This document shows positions 24,991 through 38,123 of a stretch of 64,000 nucleotides of DNA, piece by piece. How positions within the stretch are numbered: position 1 is the first letter of the stretch; each line of letters opens with the position of its first letter. Both the position numbers and the translations under genes were made by a program. The notes under the pieces are model-generated. The model searched no databases, was not told the origin of the DNA, and saw nothing but the letters and a program-made list of their open reading frames with translations. Location: positions 43,028,001-43,092,000 of the forward strand of contig NC_043007.1 of assembly GCF_006345805.1 (NCBI RefSeq). The letters run 5' to 3'. The stretch is from Octopus sinensis (lineage: Eukaryota).

Positions 24991-25760
24991 AGGGCTAGAA
25001 GACTATAATAGTGGATGACAATTTAGAGGGACAGAAGACAACATTATCCAAAGTAGTCTTTCTTTTTCAAGATGATAGAATGTGATTTGAAGGAAATTTG
25101 GCTGCTATTTCAAGAAGGTCAAACAACTACATAGAAGTCCTTTCACTGGTTTCAAGTAAGTTCTGAAATGCTTTAAATAATGACAGTACTATGGAGTTTG
25201 ATAAATGTTTCATTGACTTTTAGTGCTTAGTTCAATTCTATATGCTGGAAAATGCTACATAAAATGGGTTAATTTTACTATCCAAGATGTTTATTTCTCA
25301 TCTGTTTTAATTGTTTTGATACCAACCTGCCTAAGACAACCCCTAGTTCTATTTTAATGTGTTTATATTTAAATGAAAACTGCCCATTATAATTTTATGT
25401 AAGAAACTATGTTTTCAGTTAAGTTCTAAACATCAACTAAAACATGAAAATTTTAGTTATTTTACTAGATTATTACAGATACTTGATTATCCTTTTGATT
25501 AACTGAAATATAAGGGAGTGTATTGTTAGAAATATGGCCATAAAAGGATTAATGCTACAGAAAGCAAGAAAAAATAAATAAACATCAGCTATAAGGTTTC
25601 TTATAATTTAGGAAGGATTAACTTTTCAGTAATCTGCAGAACACCCCTATTTCTGGTGCTGCTTCCACTGTAATTGTGATTCTTCTCTCTCGTTATCATT
25701 CTTGCAAGACTTAATGATACAGATACAATTAAAAAATAAATAATAAAGAAAGAAACTTAC

Positions 25761-25944
25761 CTCGGCAACCTGATTCATGCACTTCTGCAAAGGGACTCAG
25801 GCAGCTGTCACATCTGCGACCAACCACTCCTTTTTTACAATTGCACTGACCAGTGACAGGGTTACAAAAAAAACCTTTAGATCCAACATGGTAACAATTG
25901 CAAGGAAAACATTGGTCTTCATTTTTTGGTTTATAGTGGTTAGT
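25761..25944 (-). CDS. CELSR: CELSR exon, EGF-laminin (TNHYKPKNEDQCFPCNCYHVGS...CNPVTGQCNCKKGVVGRRCDSCLSPFAEVHESGCR)
   Basis: aattacag acceptor, gtaagt donor, 184 nt, phase 0 to 1. Not in the ORF track. Confidence 0.95.
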
Positions 25945-27430
25945 CTGTAATTAAGATAAAATTTTTTAAAATAACTTCATAGTAGAAAATTGTGTAACTA
26001 CTGCTGTAACACCAAACAAAAGTACGTAAAATTGGGGTAATAGCAAGACAATTTAATATAAATTTAAAAACAAAAACAAAGACAGTAAACAATATGTAGA
26101 AGATGACATGTTTTGGAATTTTGATTTTTTTTTTCTTACTAACAATCAGTTCCGGTGAGTTAGACTTATAACACAAGGATATTCAATAAAATATCTTGAA
26201 GTGCATAAAACTCCATACATATCATTGGTGATATATGGCACAGTGTGAAAGTCAGAGTGATTTGTATCTATTTAGCCATTCAATGGTTTATGCATGATTG
26301 AATGATCTGATGGTTGCTTTAGGCTCCATTTCTTGAGACTCTTTGGAAACATTGGCACTTCTCACATGATTTGGACTAATGGAATTATGTGAGAAGTATA
26401 GCTGAGAGAGTTTACCAATCCCACAACTGTACATATTCATATATAATATGCATCCATGTATGATGCTCATCACTATTTAAGATCCACAAAATCATAGAAA
26501 AAAGAAGTGTTTAGTCAGATTTATTATAATTGCTGTATAATAAACATTGAAAAATTTACATATCCTCAAAACTATAAGCAAATTCAAAAGTTATCATCAA
26601 CATCATTGAAAATTATTAGTGTAGGTTGCAAAAGAGTATTTGCTGTAAAGTCAACCTATGACAAGTCAGCAATATGGAAGGGTATAAAAAAAACATAATG
26701 CATTACTTCCATTATACATCCTTTTAAATACTTTGATCATCAAATACTTTCTATCATTCGATCAAAATGCTTATAGTGATGGCTCATTATAATAATTACA
26801 GTATTTCAGAAACAGAAGTATTTTTCTTTTTCAGTTTATATTCACATTTTCATAATGACAATACCATTGTATTATGAACTATTTGTTAATTTAAATTTCA
26901 GATTAAATAATTCAAGTAGGATTTTGAATAATATAAGTATTACATTCTGGCCAACCATACTGAAGGTTGGCAGCATGGAATGCATGTCTTCTAGTTGTTC
27001 CAAGCATATAATATATTATCACAATCATAGAGAAATGTAACATTATTATAGGGATCTTAACTCTTCATTACATATCAGTTGGCTTGGACAATAGGTATAA
27101 CTAACTTACTTTCAGTCATGCCATCATGAATATGTTGATGCACTTCCCTAGCAGAAATGGGTAACATTTAATTCTCTTGGATAATGTTCTTTTCTGATAT
27201 TTAAGTTCTAAAAACTTTATGTATTATACTCAAATACATATTTTATAAACAAACTTAGAAGCACCAAGTGGGTTGGTATTCTACAGAAAATAAACGAATT
27301 CTCAAATGGAGATAGACTGTGACAGCAGCTCAGAAAATTGGGCAAACACCCTTGCTGACAGCAGCAACAGCAACAACAGCAACAGCAGCAACAACAACAA
27401 CAACAGCAACAACAACTATAAAATACATAC

Positions 27431-27696
27431 TTTGCATGAACAGGCTCCTGTGGATTTGTTACAAACTGGGCTGAATCCCATTTTTTTGTTACAGTTGCAT
27501 GGTCCACAAATAGGATATCCCCACCAAGATGCAGGACAAGGCTGAAGTAAGCTTATTTCACAGTAACGACCAAGTTGCAAATGACCGCATTCACAAGAGT
27601 ACGTAGTTTCGTGAGCAGTGGGGCGATGGCATATACCCATGTTTTGACAAGGGTTGAAATTGTCACAGACATCAGTGCAATTGGAACCAATGCGAC
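27431..27696 (-). CDS. CELSR: CELSR exon, EGF / EGF-laminin (GRIGSNCTDVCDNFNPCQNMGIC...PCPASWWGYPICGPCNC...CSCK)
   Basis: ctaaccag acceptor, gtatgt donor, 266 nt, phase 1 to 0. PCPxxWWGxPxCGPCxC is typical of CELSR. Confidence 0.96.
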
Positions 27697-27907
27697 CTGG
27701 TTAGAAAAACAAATAATTTACAGCATAGATAGTCATGTATATGCACTGGAAAAATGTGTAAAATGAAACCCTCCATCTCTATTCTTTTTTCTTGTTAATA
27801 CACACAAGTTTATAAATTCAAGCATTAATAAATATATATCATGTCCTAAGAGGCAATTAAAAAAGTTGGTGATACTGCCAACACCATCTCAGAAAAACTG
27901 TCTAACC

Positions 27908-28167
27908 CAGAGGTTCTCAACCAGGGTCCATATGACCTTGGAGGACCATGTAAAATTTTATTGTTAAAATTTGTGAAATAAATTGGTTATACTTCTCCAA
28001 TACACAAAGTATTTTAATAATTTTTTAATACAATTTCTAGAAATATTTGATTATAAAAATATAACATGATTTTTAAACATTGAATGGCTATAGGGATCCA
28101 GTAGAATAAAATAGAATAAGCAGAATCAAAGGTGGGGCCAGATGCGAAAAATGATTGAGAAACACTG
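27908..28167. mobile_element. hAT (Charlie-like) MITE
   Basis: Imperfect TIRs cagaggttctcaacc / gattgagaaacactg. Flanks gtctaacc and atttaatc resemble a decayed 8-bp TSD. Confidence 0.7.
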
Positions 28168-28913
28168 ATTTAATCTAACCTGTATAGAAAAGCAGATATA
28201 AAACACTGACATTGATTGACATTGGAAGTTATGGGGAAATGAATGCATTTTTGAGTTACTCTTCTTTAAAGCAGTGTTTTAAGGTTGAATATCTTTCCTC
28301 ATATCATCCACTTTATCATAGTGTTTAAAAAATGTTAAAATAGTACTTCTGAACAATACTGTCTTCAGTCCTAGGACTCACAAAGCCAGCTACCTTGTTT
28401 CTATGACCTATAAGTGACTGAGACCTCAACAATTCCCCACTGAACAGGACACCAGTCCACCACAGAATGACTCATATACAGCTCAGTGAACTGGAGCAGC
28501 ATGAAATGAAGTATTTTGCTCAAGAACACAATGCACAACCCAGTTAGGGAATTAAAAGTGCAATCTTGTGATTGAGAGTCCAACATCCTAACCACTAGGC
28601 CATACTTCTACACCAATAAAAGAATGAAAATTATTGAAGTAAAGTGAGTTGCTCAATAATACAATACCAGGGGCAAAAATTGAGCTGAAGCCTCAAAAAT
28701 TATGAATTTAGAATTTAACTACAAAATTCTTTAAAGAAATATTGATTATATATATAGGCACAGGTGCGGCTGTGTGGGAAGAAATTTGCTTCCCAATCAC
28801 ATGGGTCTGGGTTCAGTCCCACTATGTAGCACCTTGAGCAAGTGTCTTTTATTATACACTTGGGCTGACCAAAGTTTTGTGAGTGAATTTGGTGGACAGA
28901 AACTGAAAGAAAC

Positions 28914-28971
<58 letters not shown>

Positions 28972-29159
28972 ATTATATATGAACGTTTGTATGCATTTTT
29001 GTCTCTGTCTTTGTCCCGCATCACCACCTGACAACAAGTGTTGGTTTGTTTTACTGAAGTCAATTCATTTCACTAAAACTTTTTCAAGGTGGTGCCCCAG
29101 AATGGCTGCAGTCTAATGAGTGAAACAAGTAAAAGATAAAAGTTAAGAGATTAGTTTAC

Positions 29160-29325
29160 CTGGCAAACATTGACAACGATATTTTCCCCACTCGTTTATG
29201 CAGGTGTTTGGACGACATGGGTTATCGTGTTGGCATGGATCATCAACTTTACATCCTTTATCAGCTTGGTGCACTCGTGGATTTGCTAACAATGAGTTTG
29301 ATAATTTGTTGCCAATACGAAAACT
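29160..29325 (-). CDS. CELSR: CELSR exon, end of LamG2 and EGF (SFRIG...GCKVDDPCQHDNPCRPNTCINEWGKYRCQCLP)
   Basis: ttccag acceptor, gtaaac donor, 166 nt, phase 0 to 1. Confidence 0.94.
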
Positions 29326-29358
29326 CTGGAATAAAAAAATAGAGAAAAATGAAGGCAG

Positions 29359-29397
<39 letters not shown>

Positions 29398-29784
29398 TCA
29401 CTCACTCACTCACATGCATGCGCACGCCTGCACACACACACACACACTTATATGCATATTTGTATTTAGCATGGAGAATGCTCCTCCAAGGCATTTCTCT
29501 CTCGGCAATATCATTGATATTCATAATCAGGATCACTACATTCCCTCATCGTGTGTGTGTGTGTGCGTATTGAGCAAGTGTGCATGAGCATGCATACCTG
29601 TACATATATGTGTGCATACATATATATATATACTGAAAGAAAGAGAGAGATAGAGAAATAGAGAGAGAGAAAGAGAGAGACAATGAGAGAGAGAGAGAGA
29701 GAGAGAGAACTGAAAATATTCAGAAGATGAACATTCATGTAAAAGCATATAGATATTTGTATATTTACAGAATATATGTATATG

Positions 29785-29820
<36 letters not shown>

Positions 29821-30215
29821 ATATATATATGTTGTCATCAGATGCACTCTTCCAAAAAGTATTGAGTAATCCTACATTTTAATGTTAAATTATTCTTATT
29901 CATAAATTCACATAAAAACAAATATTAATATGCATATGCTAACTGGGGACATATTCATATCAGGTGTATACATGTAGCTTTTACCTGTAGTAAAGCTACA
30001 CGTGTACAGCACACAATATAGTATGTGTAATTTCGTTAACATATAAAAAGACCCATAATACTATTGAATAACTTCAACCTGATTTCGGTTATTAGTTAGA
30101 ATTATATTACCTGTGTATTATAGTTATTCTAACAGACAGTTTCTCTTCTGTAACTAATATACAAATCCAAGATAATAATAAACAATATAGAAGGAAGTTA
30201 TCTTAAGTTACTCAC

Positions 30216-30329
30216 CCGAATACATCCAACAAAATAGTCAGTAAAGTTAGTGCTGTCTTTTGAATAAGCACCGATATAAATTCGAGTTATATCTTTACCC
30301 AGTATATCAGAAGAAATTTTTCCCACTTC
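30216..30329 (-). CDS. CELSR: CELSR exon, LamG2 (EVGKISSDILGKDITRIYIGAYSKDSTNFTDYFVGCIR)
   Basis: ttgttttgcag acceptor, gtgagt donor, 114 nt, phase 0 to 0. LamG FxGCI motif. Confidence 0.92.
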
Positions 30330-30856
30330 CTGCAAAACAAACAAAAGAGAAATAAAGAGGAGAATGTTATAATCTGTAACATCAAAGTTATGAATGATGA
30401 TAATGATGATGATGATGATGATGAGATGGTGGTAGAGAGCTTAATAATGGTGCTGATTGATTGATTGATTGAGGTAGCCATACCACATGTGAATATTTGC
30501 AAGTAGAAAGGTTGAAAAAAAAATCACAAAGTATTCCAAACTGAAAGTGGAAATGGCAAGACTGGAATGCAAGAGGGTAACGTAGACGTGGTACCAGTTG
30601 TGATCAGGGTAAATAGTCTAATATTGGGCCTTCGATGGAAAAAAGTAGGGTTAGCCATATGCACACATATACACAACAAGCTTCTTTCAGTTTCCGTCCA
30701 CCAACCACTCACAAAGCTTTCATTGGCCAAGGGTTATCATAGAAGACATTTGTTTAAGTTACTATACAATGGGGCTGAATTTGAAACCACATAGTTGGGA
30801 AGTGAACTCCCTAATCACATAGCCATGCATGCACTTATCATATATTATTATATTAT

Positions 30857-30909
30857 TTGAATAATAATAATAATATAATAGTTATTATTTATTATTATTA
30901 TCATTATTA

Positions 30910-30962
<53 letters not shown>

Positions 30963-31085
30963 TTATTTTTATTATTATTATTTTATTATTGTTGTTGTTA
31001 TTATTATTTTATTGTTGTTGTTGTTATTATTATTATTATTATTTTGTTGTTGTTGTTGTTGTTGTTATTATTATTATCATCATTA
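30857..31085. repeat. (TTA)n/(TTG)n microsatellite
   Basis: Direct reading. Confidence 0.95.
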
Positions 31086-32183
31086 CTCGAGGCTTTGTGA
31101 GGTTAAAGATGTGGATGGTCACAATTTGATATCCTGACATTCTGTAGTCTTTAAGGAAAATACATTACACTACTTGCTTTGCTCTAACTTAACTGAAAGC
31201 AGGCAATACTTTCACTAAATGGTTGAGTGATTAATGAAAGAAAGAACATACAGCTGTAAAAACATTCTTTTCAAAATGCAGTGAAATATTTAGAAAATTA
31301 AACTATCCTGGCCATTCCAGCATAGAAAAATGAATATAAAGAGTTATTTAAAAAGATTATAATTCTTTCAGATGTTTTACTGAAGACAAGAGACTGGGTT
31401 GAAATGAAATTGTTTCTATATCTTTGTTATTCATAATTACTTTTACATGATCTATGTTTACATGTTTTTCACTCTTTGTCAGAAAGGATGAGATTATTCT
31501 ACCATGAAATGTGCAAACTATTAAAGAAATAAGTGAGTGGATAGGGTTCTCAGTTTTTTTTCCTGTTTTCATTCCAAAGAAAGAAGAGCCCCTTAAATTG
31601 GTAAAGGGGTTTATCTTCATAGTTGAGATTAGTACAAACAATATATACTTTGAATTCTTGGATAAATGATTGGTAGAAAGATGAAAGCTGAAGTAAGACA
31701 TCAGAAATCAGAGTCTTAAAAATAAAACCCAGATGAAATACTGAAAAGAAAGCTCCAGCCAAACAGATGGTGACATGACAGTACATAGAGCCATAAAAGC
31801 TAAAATACAAGACTAGAAAGTCTGGAAGAATGTAGGGAACTAGACATCAAGAAACTAGAAGAGAAAGCAAATGATAGGTCCTCCATGTTATAAATTTGTA
31901 TCTCCTCCCTTCCATTAACATTAAACTGTGATAACAATTTTTTTTATATATTCTCAACTGTATTGACAAAGACAAACAGAATAGTGTGTTTTCATAAGTA
32001 ATCAAAAAGGTATTCCTAGCATCAGAATATTACTTCATTTATTATATCAAGTGTTTGAATTTGACAGACATGAGCTAACAAGGATTGTTTGAGCATACTG
32101 GCATGGTTGGTAGTAATTAAATGGTTATACTGGAACTGAATGACTATGCAATACATATTGAAAAAAGGATAGATATAATTTAC

Positions 32184-32333
32184 CATAGTATCATTGATAT
32201 AATCAACAGTAATACTAAGTTCTTCTTGGTACCAGCTTGTTTGTACATAATGCCATTGACCATCATCAACTGGATTGTGTTGGTATACAATGTTATGGTG
32301 TCGAAACTTATAAGTCACAAAACCATCCTTCAA
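32184..32333 (-). CDS. CELSR: CELSR exon, LamG2 (LKDGFVTYKF...VDDGQWHYVQTSW...)
   Basis: attgcag acceptor, gtaaat donor, 150 nt, phase 0 to 0. LamG DDGxWH motif. Confidence 0.93.
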
Positions 32334-32453
32334 CTGCAATAAAAAAATTCAGAACACCAACAGTTAGTTACTTGACAGCAAACATGAGATCCAAACAAAT
32401 AAAAAATTTCTTGGTTATTTAATTTGTGACTGCAATATATATAAATCTTGAGT

Positions 32454-33330
32454 ATAACCAGCTGAAATTGCAAAGATAATCTGTAACTCGACTGAGGAAA
32501 GAAAGCTTCGAATGACCCATCCGTGTTTTTTCTTGTCCCTTTTTTGTATCATCTAGCTGCCTGGATGTTTTGCATTCTTGTTCTATTTTTTGTATTCCTT
32601 TTTATATGCATATTGCAGCATACAAACACTTTGGTTTCTTATATGTAAGTACATATATATATGTATATATATATACATATAAATTTTTGTACGACTCTTA
32701 TTCATTCATTCTTCCTTTCTTTCTATCAGCCCCTTCACGCTTAATTCATTCTTTCCACTCATCTTTCTTTCGTTCCCCCTCTCTCACATTTCCTGGCTTT
32801 CTCTTCATTCTAACCTTCCCTCCTCTTTCACTTAATTTTGTCCCTTTTCTTTTTTTCTTGTCCCTCCCTAATTCTTCTGTCTCTCTGTCTCTAACTCTCT
32901 TCTCTCTCTCCACACGATTGGTGTTCGGCCAAACCTGACCTTTCTTTCTTGGTACGACTACCATCTGTACAACATCTATATTCCACACACACCAGCTTAA
33001 TTTAATTTGACCTTAGTCGAAAGACACCTGTTGTTATGTCATGTTATTTGCATTTGTATTTGTGTACCATTTCTCCATTTTTTTCTGACCTTGTTTTCAT
33101 ATACATTTGCTACTTTCTTCCAAGGAATCTAGTGCTCTTAGCTTAGTTTTTCCTTGGGGCTGGCCAGATTGGATCAATCTCCAGTATAACCAGCTGAAAT
33201 TGCAAAGATAATCTGGAATTCGACCGAGGAAAAAAAACTTCAAATGACCCATCCATGTTTTTTCTTGTCCCTTTTTTGTATCATCTAGCTGTCTGAATGT
33301 TTTGCATTCTTGTCCTATTTTTTTGTATTC
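32454..33330 (+). mobile_element. Probable Penelope-like fragment bounded by ~150-bp direct repeats
   Basis: ataaccagctgaaattgcaaagataatctg...gaccca...cttgtccctttttt occurs at about 32454 and 33186. A related copy lies at about 63305-63430. Confidence 0.5.
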
Positions 33331-34299
33331 CTTTATATATATATATATATATATATATATTCTTACTCACATTCAAAATACCACAGCACCTAAAGGAAAT
33401 ATGCTAATTTAACAGCTAAATTGTTTCTCAAATCTTTTTTCTGTTTTTTAGGGGACTAGTATCATAGATTTCATTTCATTATAAACTTGAAAAGTAGCCA
33501 AACAATAAGGTTCACTATACTTTATATTTGTCTCAAATTTTGGCACAAGGTCAGTAATTTCAGGGAAAGAAGTAAGTCAATTACATTAACCCCAGTTCTC
33601 AACTGGTACTTATTTTATTGACCCTGAAAGGATGGAAGCCAAAGCTGACTTTGGGGAAAACTGAACTAAGAATGTAAAGACAGACAAAATGCCACTAAGC
33701 ATTTTTCCCAGCATGCTAAAAATTCTGCCAGCTTGCCACTTTGCACTGCTTTTCATATTAAACCATCTAAAATCACACAGACACTAATAAATTCAGTTTC
33801 CATTTTTTCCATGTCGTGTCGAAATTTTCATCACTTCACTGCAATCTGGACATTTACACAATCCCACTGTGACTGTGTGTGAGTGAAAGAGAGAGGTGAG
33901 GAGAGGAGAGAGGAAGAGAAATACAGAGAGAGAGAGAGTGTGTATGCAAAGTTCGTTTTCACTGGGAGTTTAAGGTTTACCTTATGATTTATTAAACAGG
34001 TTGAACAAGCTGTCATGTGAGACTCAAAGTCTCAGTCAAAACTTATTTCAAATATATTTGACTCTACTTTTACTATTGAGCCTCTCCATCAGTAAATATT
34101 CAGTTGTTATTCTAAAACTAGTTTTTAAATAATAAACTTAAATTAGTACACACACACACAACATACATACAGTGATTATACTACGGTTTAGAATATATAT
34201 ATGCACATACTTCTGTACATGCATATGTGTGTGTGTGTGTGTGTGTGTGTGGTGTCTGTATGTTAATATTATATATATATATATTCAGTATATACATAC

Positions 34300-34466
34300 C
34301 ATGAGAAGAGCTTTTTCTTGATCAATAATTAAATCAAGTAGAACAGCATCTTTTGCACGAGTCCGGAAAGAGATACCATTATACCAGGGGAATGCAATCT
34401 GATCCAGGTTGGGGTTATCGAAAGCCAAATAGCCATTGCCTTCAAGCTGATAGAATTGATCAAGTA
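34300..34466 (-). CDS. CELSR: CELSR exon, start of laminin-G 2 (LLDQFYQLEGNGYLAF...FPWYNGISFRTR...)
   Basis: tttcttgtcag acceptor, gtatgt donor, 167 nt, phase 1 to 0. Confidence 0.93.
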
Positions 34467-36884
34467 CTGACAAGAAAAAACAATAGTAAACAATTAAACA
34501 TAGAAAAGAGAGAATAGAAACTCATATAAGAAAGAATGAACAAGAATACAAGTAAGAAAGATTATATTTTCTTTGTTGATTTTTCTCAGGAGGAAAAGCA
34601 GTGCCCATGACCCATTACAGGGCCTCTGGGAAGGAAGAAAGAAGATATTCTTAAACTGGAATGCTGGCAATAGAATGGACTCTGCTAAAAGCACCCTTGA
34701 AATAATTTAACACTACCACTATCTGGAGGTCTTTAAGTCTATCATCCAAGTTGGCCATGGCAGGATCTGAAATCAGAATGTAAAGAGCTGGAACAGAAAC
34801 CATAAAGCATCCAGTCTGGTGTTCTTACAGTTCCACTTATCTAATGCTCTGTATTGGTACTTTTTAATCAACCTCCAAAAGGATGAAAGGGATTTGAACT
34901 CAGAGCATAGAGTTGGAATAAATGCCATAAAGCCTTCAATCCAATATTCTATATGAGACTGCCAATGCTGCTAGTAAGGACTATACTTCACTGAGGCAGA
35001 CTAACCAGACTTTAAAGCTGGGTTTGTATTGCTAAAATTCAGACTCACTTCCAATGTTTTATTTCTAATTAATTTTAATTATTTCAGATTTTGGAGGCAA
35101 CTCCCTGCTTTTGGGGTTTTTTTTTACTAGAACTGATCATTATTCTAATGATTGTCTCTCCTCATGACAGGAATAATTTTAATTAAAAATTTTTGACTCA
35201 CAACATTACGTATATTAGCATCAACCTTGCTTTTATGCTTTCATGAAGAATGTGTCCTGGATATTTCTTTTTCTCTTCCCTATAATAAATTCTAACATTC
35301 CAACAAGGTCACAAATTTAGGGAAGTGGTTAGTCAATTCAACTGAATTCCATCAAAATTCCATGATAATTTATATTCCTAATACCAGCTTAATAATGAAA
35401 CAATTACTTTACTAAATTCTTCATTATTTCCCAATTTAAGTGAAACAAAGACAGTGTTTTTCAACAGAAATTATGCAACAAAACAGCTAATCATTTATAT
35501 GCAGAAATAATAATAAATTAAACAGGATAATTTCTATATGCTGTCTCCAACCACAAGTTTCTTGAGCCATAAGGATTTGTGGAATCATTTCCTTTGATTG
35601 TGTAACTTCAAACAGATAACAGGTGCTTCTTGCAACTGTGTAATGTTAATTTAGAGGTTATTTTTGCTAAGGAACTAATATCATTCTGTTGGGTAGAGAG
35701 AGAAAAGCAGAATTAAGTGCATTTCAGTACATTCTTTAATCTTTCTTATGTATCAGAAAAAGGATGGCTTGAAGGAAAAAGCATAATAATATTGCCTATT
35801 CATATTGATTACATTTTGTAGTTGGTATGAACTGTTACAATAATACCTTGCATTGAATTTTTGTTTTACATCTGTTACCTTCTGCTTACATGGTAAATAA
35901 GATAAGATTATAAATTTTAACAAGGATGGCTGTGAGGAGCACACATAACCATGTGGTTAGAAAGTTCACTTCTTAACCACATGTTTTGGGTTCAATCCCA
36001 CTGTATGGCACCTTGGGTAACTGTCTTCTATTATAGCACTGGGCCACAGCAAAACCTTGTGAGTACATCTAATACATAGAAAACATTGTATACATATGTA
36101 TATGAATGGGTGTGGATGTGTGTGTTTGTGTTTCCTTGTCTTGACACTATGTGATAGTATAAGCATCACTGTCATTCAAATGATGTCCTTTGTTTCCAAT
36201 CCAATCTTCTGTGGAAATATATTTAGCCATGGAGAACTGTAACCTTACTTGCAAACAGGTGAGGTTTAGTGAGAGGAAGGGCATCCAGCTGTAGCAGATT
36301 TGCTTCAATGAATTTTGTCCAACTCATGCAGGCATGGAAAAATGGACATTAAGATGATGATTACAATGATGTATGTATTCTTTCAGCAAGGTTTTTACTT
36401 TTATTGCTAGAATTTCTTCATCATGCTAACAACACTAAATACTTTAGATAAATAAAATAAATGTGCCCTTTTAAAGCCTAGCCAGGCTCATGGGCCCAGT
36501 TTCCCAGTTTCAATGGTGTATGTGTTCCCCAGCTGGACGGGACGGCAGTCTATCACAGCATTACTCATTTTTGCCAGCTGAGTCGACTGGAGCAATGTGA
36601 AATGAAGTGTTTTGCCCAAGAACACAACGTGTCACCCGGTCCAGGAATTGAAACCACAATCTTACGATCATGATGCTGACACCCTAACCACTAAGCCACG
36701 TGCCTCCACTAGTACTTTAGAAGTAGAAGTTATCAACCAAATTGCAAGAATGGATTGAGTTAAGTAAAACGCCTTGGTAAAAGTGGTTATTTGAACACAA
36801 ACTCCTCAAGATATACAGACCTCCCAACTTATTTAAATTTTAAATTATATCTTTCTTTCCCTTTCAACAGCCACATATACTTAC

Positions 36885-36959
36885 AGTCTTCACATGTTTT
36901 TCCAGCAGTTCCTGGTAAGCATTCACAATGGAAAGTATCCCATGAATCAGAGCAAGTAC
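36885..36959 (-). CDS. CELSR: CELSR exon, EGF-like (GTCSDSWDTFHCECLPGTAGKTCED)
   Basis: attgcag acceptor, gtaagt donor, 75 nt, phase 1 to 1, EGF cysteine spacing. Confidence 0.93.
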
Positions 36960-37878
36960 CTGCAATTTAATGGCTTAAAATTAGTTGCTTAAAAAAATAT
37001 ACAAAATTAAAAGCAAGCAATACATACACACATGATAATCAACATGGCATTCACAACTAAAGTTCCTTAGAACACTCTATTTACTTAAAATTCTTTTATT
37101 CATTTTTAGTTAAATTATTCAAAACCAAAATAGTAAAAGAATTCTTTACAATTGTTCTCTAGTTAAAGTAAGTAAATTACTTGCAATTAAAAATTGAGAT
37201 AAGAACTTATTATTATTTTATATAAGAATGTTTTGATACCAACATACAGATGAATGTAATAGTTAATTATTTGACTAAATTCCTCCAAATACTTAATTGT
37301 TTGAGAACCAATGGAAACATATTGACAGTGTGCTGCATATAGCCAAGAAAGGGTTAAAATCCAATTGAAATACTGAAATCATATTTTATCAAAGAAAAAA
37401 AAAATGAAATAATAATAAATAAATATAGGCACAGGAGTGGCCATGTGGTGAGATGCTTGCTTCCCAACCACATGGTTCCAGGTTCAATCTCACTGCATGG
37501 CACCTTGGGCAAGTGTCTTCTGCTATAGTCTCAGGCCAACCAAAGCCTTGCAAGTGGATTTGGTAGACAGGAACTGTAGGAAGCCCATCATGTGTGTGTG
37601 TGTTTATATTTGTCCTCCACCCCACTACTTGACAAGTGGTGTTGATTTTTTCTTAGCAGTTTAGCAAAAGAGACTGATAGAATAAAAATTAGTTCTGGGG
37701 TCAATTCATTTGACTAAAACCCTTTAAGGTATTACTCTATCGTGGCTTCAGTCCAGTAAAAGGGGGAAAAAAGTACAAATTTCCAAATTTCATTCTTGTT
37801 GAAAAAACTTTTAAAAAGAAGGAGGAAAAGTGGAGAATAAACAACAGAGAATTATAGAACATATTTCAAAGAACAAAC

Positions 37879-38123
37879 CTCCATGCTTGCAGGGAGATGA
37901 AAGACAAAAATCTTTCTTTGGTTCACAACCAGGCTGGGTATCCTTTTCAGCAACAGATGTGTTTAAGTCAAGTAAAACATTGTCGATACGAAAGTCCTTG
38001 ATACAACCAACAAAATCTTTATTTTTGATTGGAAATGAAGAAGGCAGATGAGGAAGGCCTCCAATCTGAAGTGGTCCTGTTAAATCTAAGAGCCGATAGC
38101 AGATGACAGCCATACGGGAGCAT
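37879..38123 (-). CDS. CELSR: CELSR exon, end of LamG1 and start of EGF (CSRMAVICYRLLDLTGPLQIGG...FCLSSPCKHG)
   Basis: acttatag acceptor, gtttgt donor, 245 nt, phase 2 to 1. LDLTGPL and FVGCIKD motifs. Confidence 0.95.

Noticed and set aside
27110-27147. Possible extra CELSR micro-exon (tag...gtaagt)
   Set aside because: It is 38 nt, so it would break the frame between phase-0 exons 27431-27696 and 25761-25944, and it has a stop in frame 0.
30857-31129. Poly-Tyr/Leu/Val ORF, and similar ORFs at 11126, 17979, 23134, 51571-51897, 54888-55328, 61991 and 62536-62885
   Set aside because: These are translations of di- and trinucleotide microsatellites.
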